From: a virus
Strand: one strand, 5' to 3'
Virus record (IMG/VR): IMGVR_UViG_3300032288_005778
Location: 1-64,000 of that record
DNA length: 64,000 nucleotides
Part shown: one piece after another, positions 1 to 7,966 of the stretch
Numbering within the stretch: position 1 is the first letter of the stretch
How the letters are laid out: every line of letters begins with the position of its first letter
Made by a program: the position numbers and the translations under genes
The notes under the pieces: generated by a model
The model's input: only the letters and a program-made list of their open reading frames with translations
Database searches by the model: none
Told to the model about the DNA's origin: nothing

Positions 1-240
1 AATGACATGAACAATTCAAACAGTACCATTACCAAGGAAAATGACATGAATAAATTACACAGTACCATTACCAAGGAAAATGACATGAATAAATTACACA
101 GTACCATTACCAAGGAGAACGATATGAATAAATTACACAGTACCATTACCAAGGAGAACGATATGAATAACTTAAACAGTACCATTACCAAGGAGAACGA
201 TATGAGTAACTTAAACAACATCATAATGGAAAACGATATG
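1..240 (+). repeat. 39-bp coding tandem repeat (about 6 copies, MNKLHSTITKEND)
   Basis: AATGACATGAATAAATTACACAGTACCATTACCAAGGAA and variants start at 1, 40, 79, 118, 157 and 196, decaying towards the 3' end. Confidence 0.95.
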
Positions 241-3003
241 AATAATTCAAATCAGTTAAACAACATCATAATGGAGAATAACGTGAATAATTCAAATCAT
301 GCTATTAATATAGCGCAATCAAATAACAATTGTCAAGACATTTTTGAACAATTTAAGAAAAAAGTTTTTACGGATTTTACTACAGGGAGTGGAATTGATC
401 CGGCACTATTTGAAAATGCTATTGAGTTTCATCGAGAATGCGAATGGACTGATGGAATGGATGCTTTGTACCCTATTCATGAGATCTTGGGATGGAAAAA
501 AACCCGATTCACACACAATATTTCCAAGAATGAATTATTAGGAGCTTTCCTGAAAAATGAGGATGGGAGTATTTGGCAGGTGATTGTCAACATCCCATCT
601 AAGCACAGGGAGTATTCATATTTTGCACCCAAGGGAATTGGGGACAAACCATACTTACCACCCGTGCCTAAGTCCATCAGGGAAAAAATTAATAAATCGT
701 GGGGAACTGATATTCCTATGAGCGGTAGTTTCTGGGATGCTATTAAAGAAGTGCCAGAAGTGCCTAGATTTTTAACAGAGGGTGGTAAAAAGGCATTGTC
801 AGGTTTAAGCACTGGGTTATGCGCGATCGCTCTTTATGGATGTTCCTGTGGGGGGAAAAAAGAGATTAGCCCAGCCCTTGAGCAATTTATTGGAGACGGA
901 TCTGCTATGATCCTGGCAATGGACAGAGACACCAAAAAAACAGCCGTCAAGGCTGTTCTGAAAGCTAATAGAAGATTTCACTATCTATTAAAAGATAGTG
1001 AGACCTATCTATTGGAAATGCGGTGGAAACCTGAACATGGTAAGGGTTTAGATGATTTAATCGCCAAAAACCCCAAGGAACTAAAAAAATCCCTCAAAGA
1101 GGTAAAAACGAGGTTGGACAAACTAAAACTTGAATTACACTTCCAGGAGAAGCGGAAAATCCCTACTCCTGATATTTTGGCAGCGGAAATCGCCGAAGAA
1201 TACCGAGATATTCTTGCATTCAACAATGCCAGTTTGCGTTGGATGCGCTACCAAGCAGACAGCCCAGGCGTTTGGGCCGTGGAGACTGATCAGTTCATTG
1301 CCAGTGCGGTGATGAACATTATTGAAGGCAAAGGATACACTGGATACGGTGGTGATGGGTACATCACTAACGTTACCAGAATGCTTAGGCATCATTTGAT
1401 TCAGCGTACTTGGGTAGAGCGATCGCCTAAAGAGCTACTCCCATTTAGAAATGGTGTCTTAGAAATTCAAACTGGAAGACTGATGCCTCATGCTCCTGGA
1501 TACAGACTGACATGGCAACTACCCAGGGAATATGACAGAGAGGCTAAAAACTGGGATAACATCAATGAGTTTTTAGAACATTTAAGCGGTGGCAACCAGC
1601 AGATAAAAGATCTGTTAATGTGCTATTGCAACGCCGTCATCAAGGGTCGCTCGGACTTACAGAAGTTTTTGCACTTAATTGGCTTGGGTGGCACGGGTAA
1701 AGGTACATTTACCCGGTTACTCGTATCTTTAATCGGTTCTCAGAACGTGCATACCAGTACCCTTGATGATTGGTGTAACAATAACTTTGAAGCTGCTAAC
1801 GCTTACCAGAAGCGGCTTGTGTTATTTCCTGATGAAGACAAGGCAACTGGAAAACTAGGAAAATTCCTCTCTTTAACCGGGGAGGATTTGCTACGTGCTG
1901 AGAACAAAGGACAAAAAGCATTTAGCTACCGCTACGACGGCATGGTAGTGGTCTGCTCTAACTTACCTGTATTTGCAGGTGACAGTGCTAGTCGGGTTAA
2001 GCGTCGGGTAATCACAGTGCCATGCAACAATACAGTCGGTATAGCCAAGCGGAAAAACCTTGAGGAATTGTTTGAGCCGGAATTAGCAGCTTTCACTAAT
2101 CACGTTCTGAGTTTTGACGACGACTATGTACGCAAGGTGTTGTCTGGTATCCAAGAGATACCAGAATGCACCCTTGAGTTCTGGGTTAACCGAATGCGTG
2201 TAGACTCGTTAGCTGACTGGTTAAACGAGAAGGTGATTTATGATCCTACAGCCATGACCCCTGTAGGCAGTAACAAGAATGAAGGTGCTGATGGTGGTCT
2301 CATTAAGACCCTCTTCGGCAGCTACTCTAGGCACTGTGCAGAGACAGGTAGCCAGGCCAAAGCGTCTAAAACCTTTAGCCCTGACTTAATTGAGTTGTGC
2401 AACTCAGTTCTGGGCTGGGGAGTGAAGCACAAGGCCACCAATACCGGCAAATTTATTGTTGGGTTGCGTTTGCGTCAAGTCGGTTTAGACGACGAAATTC
2501 CCACTCACGAACTACTTTTGTCTAGTTCCTTGACACATGACGGGAAAAGTTTAGAAGGCAGTGACGGGTCAGAAGTCTTGCTAGATAAGGCTTTTGAAGG
2601 TAGTGACGAGAACTCTTATACTCCAATGGAAATTAGAAATAATAATTCTAGCCTCCCTTCTCCCATATCCCCAATAGAGGATAGGAATATAGATCCTATA
2701 TATAGAGGGGATGTAGTATTGGATCTCCCGTCACCTTCCCCAAACCCTACCCAGGACAATGGTTCTGACCCGTCACCCCTCCTGGAAGAGAACCCATCAC
2801 CCGGTGATGTGGTTGAATTTTTTGTGGATGACCGGGCAAAAGAACTCAACTGCCCCATCCCAGGACCAATTAGAGAGGTCAACGAAGCTGGTTATGTAAT
2901 TAGTGTTTTCCAAAAAAATCCTGATGGAACAAGAGTCAGAAAGTTTTTATCCATTCCTGCTCGACTTGTTGTCCGCACATTAAAGCGAGCTACTAAGGTT
3001 TAG
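7..3003 (+). CDS. Phage/plasmid primase-helicase (DUF3854-like Toprim + D5_N + SF3 helicase); may extend upstream of the window
   Basis: LTEGGKKA and DRD..KGLDD Toprim-like motifs, LLPFRNGVL D5_N signature, Walker A GLGGTGKGTF, Walker B LVLFPDE. Confidence 0.9.
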   Translation: MNNSNSTITKENDMNKLHSTITKENDMNKLHSTITKENDMNKLHSTITKENDMNNLNSTITKENDMSNLNNIIMENDMNNSNQLNNIIMENNVNNSNHAINIAQSNNNCQDIFEQFKKKVFTDFTTGSGIDPALFENAIEFHRECEWTDGMDALYPIHEILGWKKTRFTHNISKNELLGAFLKNEDGSIWQVIVNIPSKHREYSYFAPKGIGDKPYLPPVPKSIREKINKSWGTDIPMSGSFWDAIKEVPEVPRFLTEGGKKALSGLSTGLCAIALYGCSCGGKKEISPALEQFIGDGSAMILAMDRDTKKTAVKAVLKANRRFHYLLKDSETYLLEMRWKPEHGKGLDDLIAKNPKELKKSLKEVKTRLDKLKLELHFQEKRKIPTPDILAAEIAEEYRDILAFNNASLRWMRYQADSPGVWAVETDQFIASAVMNIIEGKGYTGYGGDGYITNVTRMLRHHLIQRTWVERSPKELLPFRNGVLEIQTGRLMPHAPGYRLTWQLPREYDREAKNWDNINEFLEHLSGGNQQIKDLLMCYCNAVIKGRSDLQKFLHLIGLGGTGKGTFTRLLVSLIGSQNVHTSTLDDWCNNNFEAANAYQKRLVLFPDEDKATGKLGKFLSLTGEDLLRAENKGQKAFSYRYDGMVVVCSNLPVFAGDSASRVKRRVITVPCNNTVGIAKRKNLEELFEPELAAFTNHVLSFDDDYVRKVLSGIQEIPECTLEFWVNRMRVDSLADWLNEKVIYDPTAMTPVGSNKNEGADGGLIKTLFGSYSRHCAETGSQAKASKTFSPDLIELCNSVLGWGVKHKATNTGKFIVGLRLRQVGLDDEIPTHELLLSSSLTHDGKSLEGSDGSEVLLDKAFEGSDENSYTPMEIRNNNSSLPSPISPIEDRNIDPIYRGDVVLDLPSPSPNPTQDNGSDPSPLLEENPSPGDVVEFFVDDRAKELNCPIPGPIREVNEAGYVISVFQKNPDGTRVRKFLSIPARLVVRTLKRATKV
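2561..2776. repeat. Inverted-repeat element in the primase 3' end (candidate origin)
   Basis: GTGACGGGTCAGAA 2561-2574 / TTCTGACCCGTCAC 2763-2776, inner GTGAC/GTCAC pair, central CTATATATAG palindrome. Confidence 0.6.
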
Positions 3004-3011
3004 TGGAATAG

Positions 3012-3034
3012 TCTAGTGGGTTTTCCCCACTAGA
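3012..3034 (+). terminator. Hairpin after the primase
   Basis: TCTAGTGGG-TTTTC-CCCACTAGA. Confidence 0.5.
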
Positions 3035-3107
3035 TGCTTAGTAAAAATCTAAAAAATGACACCTTAAATATTGGTGTCTCTCTTAGGCTGTGCCTACATT
3101 TACTAAC

Positions 3108-3734
3108 ATGAATGGTAAGTTAATTGTTTTTGAAGGGGTAGAGGGTTGTGGGAAAACTACCCAGATGCACCTTTGCTCCCAATGGCTAGAAAGTTTGAGC
3201 ATACCTGTAGTGCTAACTCGTGAACCGGGAGGAACAGAACTGGGGGAAAGCTTGCGAGAGCTATTGTTGTCAAAGTCACCACATAAACCAATGAGTGAAG
3301 TTACAGAACTTCTATTGTATGCTGCTGACAGAGCGCAACATATCCAAGAGGAACTAAAACCAAACTTGGCCATGGGAAAATATATTCTGTGCGATCGCTA
3401 TACAGACTCTACTATTGCCTACCAAGGTTATGGCAGGGGCTTAGACATGAACTTGATCAATAATCTCAATCAGATTGCCACGGGAGGTTTACTGAGTAAT
3501 GTAACTATTTGGTTGGACGTGGATGTAGAGGTAGGTTTACTGCGTAAGCGCGGACAAGCCAAATTAGATCGCATTGAACAGGAGACAATAACTTTTCACC
3601 GTCGGGTACAAGCGGGTTATGCAGATTTGTACTTATCTCATCCATCTTCAACTATCCGAGTAGATGGTAGTGGTAGCCAAGAAGTTGTACAACTTCTTGT
3701 ACAAGAGATTTTGCAGAAACACTTGTCTTTATAA
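3108..3734 (+). CDS. tmk: Thymidylate (dTMP) kinase
   Basis: IVFEGVEGCGKTTQ P-loop, TREPGGT, ELLLYAADRAQH, CDRYTDSTIAYQG; alternative GTG start at 3090. Confidence 0.97.
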   Translation: MNGKLIVFEGVEGCGKTTQMHLCSQWLESLSIPVVLTREPGGTELGESLRELLLSKSPHKPMSEVTELLLYAADRAQHIQEELKPNLAMGKYILCDRYTDSTIAYQGYGRGLDMNLINNLNQIATGGLLSNVTIWLDVDVEVGLLRKRGQAKLDRIEQETITFHRRVQAGYADLYLSHPSSTIRVDGSGSQEVVQLLVQEILQKHLSL

Positions 3735-3753
3735 ATATTTTTTCTAAAACCTA

Positions 3754-3782
3754 TTGACAATAAATAATAGATAGACTATACT
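3754..3782 (+). promoter_or_regulatory. Sigma70-type promoter
   Basis: TTGACA-17 bp-TATACT. Confidence 0.75.
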
Positions 3783-3809
3783 GATAATATCAACATGAGA
3801 TAAACAACC

Positions 3810-3977
3810 ATGAAATATAGATGGAGAAATGGAAAAGCCCAAGCGATCGCTTACGTGCCTGCGCTAGGCAGGTGTGCGGTCGTTAAAGAAGCCAGTAGCA
3901 TCCACGAACTCTACGGCGACGAAGATGAAGACGAAGATGAAGAAGACAGTGATGAAGAAGACGATGACGAATATTAA
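3810..3977 (+). CDS. 55-aa protein with a highly acidic C-terminus (not in the ORF track)
   Basis: MKYRWRNGKAQAIAYVPALGRCAVVKEASSIHELYGDEDEDEDEEDSDEEDDDEY*, directly downstream of a consensus promoter and followed by a hairpin. Confidence 0.7.
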   Translation: MKYRWRNGKAQAIAYVPALGRCAVVKEASSIHELYGDEDEDEDEEDSDEEDDDEY

Positions 3978-4005
3978 TCCATAGCAAATACAACCCCCTT
4001 GACAA

Positions 4006-4347
4006 TCAAGAGGGTTTTTTATTGAGCTTTAATTTCCGCAACCGCTGATAATTTCGTTTTAAGCGGGCTGTAAACTCAGGGGTATTATGATTCTTCCATT
4101 CTGGATTTGTGGGGTGAACAATCCAGTTTTTAGGACTATGGCAGGCGTTTTTATGACAGTGCTTACAAACGGGGAAAATATTAATCCCATACCTGTCTCC
4201 CGACTGCCTATAACTGGAATGATGCACCTGTTCAGATTTATTGATCAAGCACACGCAACATATCCCATGGGTTCTTGCGTGTGCGTTGTGGCACTTTTTT
4301 CTGTGCTTTTTGGCATTGTTCCCATATCGAACTTGGTAGTTAGTCAT
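4006..4347 (-). CDS. HNH endonuclease-like protein
   Basis: CCVC..HH..PVCKHCH pattern; paralog of 21030-21371. Confidence 0.7.
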   Translation of the reverse strand: MTNYQVRYGNNAKKHRKKCHNAHARTHGICCVCLINKSEQVHHSSYRQSGDRYGINIFPVCKHCHKNACHSPKNWIVHPTNPEWKNHNTPEFTARLKRNYQRLRKLKLNKKPS

Positions 4348-4431
4348 TTTGACAAATAGATCAACTACTATCAATGATAATAAAAAACCCGGTTAAATTA
4401 AGTTTTAACCGGGTTAAGTGATTATTTATAT

Positions 4432-4707
4432 TTAAAATGGGATGTCGTCAGGGTCGCCCGACTTTTCGTATTCCGCCCAGTAAAAGGCATAGACTTCTTG
4501 GGCGTTTTTGATATACTCTGTATAAATAACTGGGACTGAGATTTCTAATTGAGAAATCTCCCAAGTAAATTCTATTTTTCCGTATTCAAGGTTCGACCCT
4601 TGGATAACCTCAATTTTAAGTGTAGGTAGCTTTACGAATTTGATGACAGTCAATCGCTTCCAGTACAGTTGGAAGTTGAGTTCACATAAATTAAATAGGT
4701 CTGTCAT
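4432..4707 (-). CDS. Hypothetical protein with an SSB-like DDIPF tail
   Basis: ATG at 4707 after an AGGA RBS and a TTGACA promoter; ends GDPDDIPF. Confidence 0.7.
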   Translation of the reverse strand: MTDLFNLCELNFQLYWKRLTVIKFVKLPTLKIEVIQGSNLEYGKIEFTWEISQLEISVPVIYTEYIKNAQEVYAFYWAEYEKSGDPDDIPF

Positions 4708-4740
4708 TTGCTTGTTTCCTTGTTTTTTGTTGATACTCTT

Positions 4741-4951
4741 AATATAGTCTATTTCACTATTTATTGTCAAGTGGTTTTAGAAAATATTTTTTAAATTCTT
4801 AAAACCCTTGATTTACAAGAGTTTGAGGGTTGTTGAGGTGCAATAGTCTAGCGATCGCCCAAGTCCCCAACCGTAAAATAGTTACACAAAGATATTTTTA
4901 AAAGTTCAGTACATAAACCTGTTGACAATAAATAGTGAAATAGACTATAGT
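4741..4951. promoter_or_regulatory. Divergent pair of near-identical promoters
   Basis: TTGACAATAAATAGTGAAATAGACTATA on the - strand (4770-4743) and on the + strand (4922-4949). Confidence 0.75.
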
Positions 4952-4984
4952 AGTTACATACACAGGAAACGGGGAGACAGACAA

Positions 4985-5410
4985 ATGAAATTTACAATCA
5001 ACTTTCAAATCCGCACTATCAAGCACCAAATAAAAGCTACGTTAAAACTTATTGCAGACGGCATTAAATCTTATGTTGACCAGTTGGTTATTTTAGAGGG
5101 TGATTTAGAAAAATTAGAAGCATCTCTAGCACCTTCGTTAGCTGCATTGGGTAAAATCACAAAAAACATGATTAAGTCCGTGAAGGGCAATATTCACTTT
5201 ACATCGGTAGAAATTAAGGCTATAAAGTCTATTCTTGAATCTGGTCTTTTAGGTGAAGGACATACTCAATTTAGAGTAGGAAGAAAAGATTATTATTTCT
5301 TAGGAATTGAAGGAAAAGAAATAAAAGTGAGAATTGGTGAAAACAGAACACGCGATTACAGCAATGTCATGGATTATGTTTGCAGCAATGGTGTAGTAAC
5401 TCTTAAATAA
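4985..5410 (+). CDS. Hypothetical early protein
   Basis: GGAG RBS then ATG at 4985; N-terminus similar to that of 38649-39197. Confidence 0.75.
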   Translation: MKFTINFQIRTIKHQIKATLKLIADGIKSYVDQLVILEGDLEKLEASLAPSLAALGKITKNMIKSVKGNIHFTSVEIKAIKSILESGLLGEGHTQFRVGRKDYYFLGIEGKEIKVRIGENRTRDYSNVMDYVCSNGVVTLK

Positions 5411-5480
5411 ATATTTTTTAAAACTACTTGACAATAAACAAATAGTAAGATAGTCTATATATAAACAAAAATAAAAGAGT

Positions 5481-5747
5481 ATGAAAAAAGCAGCAAAGAA
5501 TCAATATCACATTGTTTATGGCAACAGCATTATTGCAGCAAAATTTACCGCGCACAACTTGTCGGATGTGTGGAGAAAATACAACCAACGCTGCGAAGAA
5601 TTGCTTGTGAATAAACAAGATATTCCTTCGCGTGAATCCTTCGGGAATTTAGCTTGGGCTGGAAATCTGAAAAAGGATTACAAACAAGTAATTTTGAGAT
5701 TAGCTCAAGTTACAGAATCGGGCTATGTGTTTGAAAACAAGGAATAA
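5481..5747 (+). CDS. Hypothetical early protein
   Basis: ORF downstream of the TTGACA promoter at 5428. Confidence 0.65.
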   Translation: MKKAAKNQYHIVYGNSIIAAKFTAHNLSDVWRKYNQRCEELLVNKQDIPSRESFGNLAWAGNLKKDYKQVILRLAQVTESGYVFENKE

Positions 5748-5840
5748 ACGAGGAATAAGGTTTTAAGAATTTAAAAAATATTTCTTAAAACCTTTGATTT
5801 ACAAGAGTTCAAGGATTATTGCGGTGCAACTGAATAGCGA

Positions 5841-5864
5841 ACTGCTTGCAGCAGCGCTTCGCTA
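5841..5864. mobile_element. 24-bp small dispersed repeat inserted in a HIP1 site
   Basis: GCGA[ACTGCTTGCAGCAGCGCTTCGCTA]TCGC; the paralogous segment has an empty GCGATCGC at 4851-4858. Confidence 0.7.
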
Positions 5865-5948
5865 TCGCCCCAAGTACCCAACCGTAAAATAGCTACACAC
5901 AAATATTCTAAAAGTTCAGTACATACACAGGAAACAAGGGAGACACAA

Positions 5949-6203
5949 ATGTTCATTGAATTTGAAACCAGCCAATCCCAGCTTATTACCATTGATGTCA
6001 GTGAGGTCAAATCCTGGGACAAAGAGTCTCTGGTCAGGTACGCAGCCGAACAACTAAGAACTGATTACATTGACTTTAAAGTCATCAGGAAACTAAAAGA
6101 TAGAGTAGTTACTAACATAGACTGGCGACCCCTAAAAGTCGCCTATAGACAAGAATGGTTAACAATAAAACGACCGCCCCGCAAGTTTCTTGTATCTATT
6201 TAA
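5949..6203 (+). CDS. Hypothetical protein
   Basis: GGAG RBS; followed by a strong terminator. Confidence 0.7.
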   Translation: MFIEFETSQSQLITIDVSEVKSWDKESLVRYAAEQLRTDYIDFKVIRKLKDRVVTNIDWRPLKVAYRQEWLTIKRPPRKFLVSI

Positions 6204-6207
6204 TTTT

Positions 6208-6250
6208 AACCCCCCCCCGGATTAGCACTAATCCGGGGGGGGTTGTTTTT
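6208..6250. terminator. Bidirectional intrinsic terminator
   Basis: C-run-GGATTAG / CTAATCC-G-run stem between convergent genes, with a T tract. Confidence 0.85.
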
Positions 6251-6256
6251 GAACGA

Positions 6257-7045
6257 TTAAATCACATCAACTACTGATGGATACCATTGTAACGACTGAA
6301 CAGTTTTGTTATGTCCCCTTGCAGTATCTAGAACCACTTGGGAATATTGTTTCCCCTCCTCTGTGGGTAGCCATAAAGGGTTATTGTTAGCAGTGTTTTT
6401 GACCTGTAAACCCTTTTCCGCTAATAATGAGTTCATCTTTTGTGCTGACAACTTCACCCCGGTTCTAGCTTCATATAGCTCCGCTAGTTTGCCTGGTCTG
6501 ATCAGCTTGTCTTCAATGGGAATACTTAGCAGCGACTTTGATTCTTCCATCGCCGAAGCGAGCGCCGGGTAAATCTTGGCTATTTGGTTAGCCTTCACTG
6601 CGGCTTGTAGTCGCACATCTACACTGGTAACAGCAAAAACAGTATCTATTGCTAAACCAATATCTTTTATGTCTGGCCTTCCTAAATCACTGCTTACATC
6701 GTGTTGATGTACCTTATGTTTAAGCGTGCGCTCACACTCAAGGAAATATTTTCTGATAATCCTTCCTTGTTCCGTACCAACCATCATACCTAGTGATTTA
6801 AAACAGTCTATGGTTAACTCTATTTTCTCGTAAGAATGGCTGAAAGTACCGTCCTGCTTAGTCTCACGCATTTGAGTAATACGGAAATCAAGACCATTAT
6901 CAAAGTTTCTAATTAGCTTGTCTTTGGCATTCTGTTTTTTGGCATATCCCAGCCACTGCCAAGCGTCATCAAAATCAACCGGAAAATTCTCTGTTGATTC
7001 ATAAAGTGCGATCGCTAATTCCTGATTAAATGTTAAAATGGTCAT
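6257..7045 (-). CDS. Phage antirepressor (AntA/AntB-like N-terminus)
   Basis: FPVDFDDAWQWLGY..IRKYFLECE; C-terminal ~130 aa closely similar to the BRO protein at 32462-33211. Confidence 0.8.
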   Translation of the reverse strand: MTILTFNQELAIALYESTENFPVDFDDAWQWLGYAKKQNAKDKLIRNFDNGLDFRITQMRETKQDGTFSHSYEKIELTIDCFKSLGMMVGTEQGRIIRKYFLECERTLKHKVHQHDVSSDLGRPDIKDIGLAIDTVFAVTSVDVRLQAAVKANQIAKIYPALASAMEESKSLLSIPIEDKLIRPGKLAELYEARTGVKLSAQKMNSLLAEKGLQVKNTANNNPLWLPTEEGKQYSQVVLDTARGHNKTVQSLQWYPSVVDVI

Positions 7046-7080
7046 GACAGATTAACCCGCCTTTGCCGGGTGAAATGTTA

Positions 7081-7130
7081 ACCAGTGATACAACCGTTCT
7101 GAGTGGTGACACACTCTTTACGGTGCTGGT
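7081..7130. ncRNA. Structured leader/antisense motif upstream of an antirepressor (copy A)
   Basis: Nested stems ACCAG/CTGGT, CCGT/ACGG, GAGTG/CACTC; related copies at 33238 and 34848. Confidence 0.5.
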
Positions 7131-7185
7131 TTTAATTATTATAGCACGTATTGCAAATATAACAATCTTTATTGACGTATTGATT

Positions 7186-7226
7186 AAAAACCCCTGGACT
7201 GTTGCTAGTCCAGGGGTTTTGTTTTT
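7186..7226. terminator. Intrinsic terminator
   Basis: AAAACCCCTGGACT/AGTCCAGGGGTTTT. Confidence 0.75.
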
Positions 7227-7316
7227 GACTAATTAAATCAGTCCTTTACTGACTGAATAACAAGTGTAGTTGTTTCGGGTAGAGCAATACCAGGGTAAGC
7301 AATACGCCAGGCGTTG

Positions 7317-7856
7317 TCAACAGAGCAAAAGGTCTACAATCTTCAAAACTTTATAGTCTTTCTTGTACCATTCCGTAGTATTTTTTATTTTGAATCGTTT
7401 TAGCTTTTCATGAATAATTGTTTCTTGACTAATAACACAAGGTTCATACACTTTTACTAATTCAAGAAATGGATTGCTAGTTTTATGCTGATTGTGTCGT
7501 TTTTTTAAATCAGTTGTAAATCCAATTTTATAAGCATTGTTGGCGTTATCCTCAAAGATATATATATACCCGTACTCTTTTTTTAATCTTCGCTTGTCTT
7601 GATCAAGCCATCTCTGTAATTCCTCTGCTAAACTAGGATGTCCCCAAGTACCACCATTTACTCCCTCTTCTGAATAAATTATTTCAGATGTGAGTGAGTT
7701 AGCTAAAATCCTTATGTAGTCTTGAGTTTGCTTTAGTCGCGTCCAGTTGTCAAGTCGTTTCCCGTTGGCTTGACACATCTGGGTAAGGTTGATGAACCCG
7801 TTTTGACGGCGAGAAATCGTTTGTCCGTTATAATCAAAAACTGCTAAATTATTCAT
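7317..7856 (-). CDS. KilA-N domain protein fused to a T5orf172/GIY-YIG-like domain
   Basis: GFINLTQMCQANGK..W..L..GGTWGHP; GYIYIF..YKIGFT..EWY. Confidence 0.85.
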   Translation of the reverse strand: MNNLAVFDYNGQTISRRQNGFINLTQMCQANGKRLDNWTRLKQTQDYIRILANSLTSEIIYSEEGVNGGTWGHPSLAEELQRWLDQDKRRLKKEYGYIYIFEDNANNAYKIGFTTDLKKRHNQHKTSNPFLELVKVYEPCVISQETIIHEKLKRFKIKNTTEWYKKDYKVLKIVDLLLC

Positions 7857-7966
7857 GTGACCTCGGTGTTAGGTTACTTCCCCTGCGGACTTGGTGTTAG
7901 TCGCACCATCCGGCGAGGGGATTACATAGTAATTATAGCACAGTTTTTAATACATTGCCAGAAAAC

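Noticed and set aside
1-240. 39-bp repeats as a CRISPR array
   Set aside because: Head-to-tail units with no unique spacers, all in frame within the primase ORF
3084-3096. TAGGCTGTGCCTA mini-hairpin, also at 32371-32383
   Set aside because: Only 13 bp with no shared flanks, too little to call an att site or IS end
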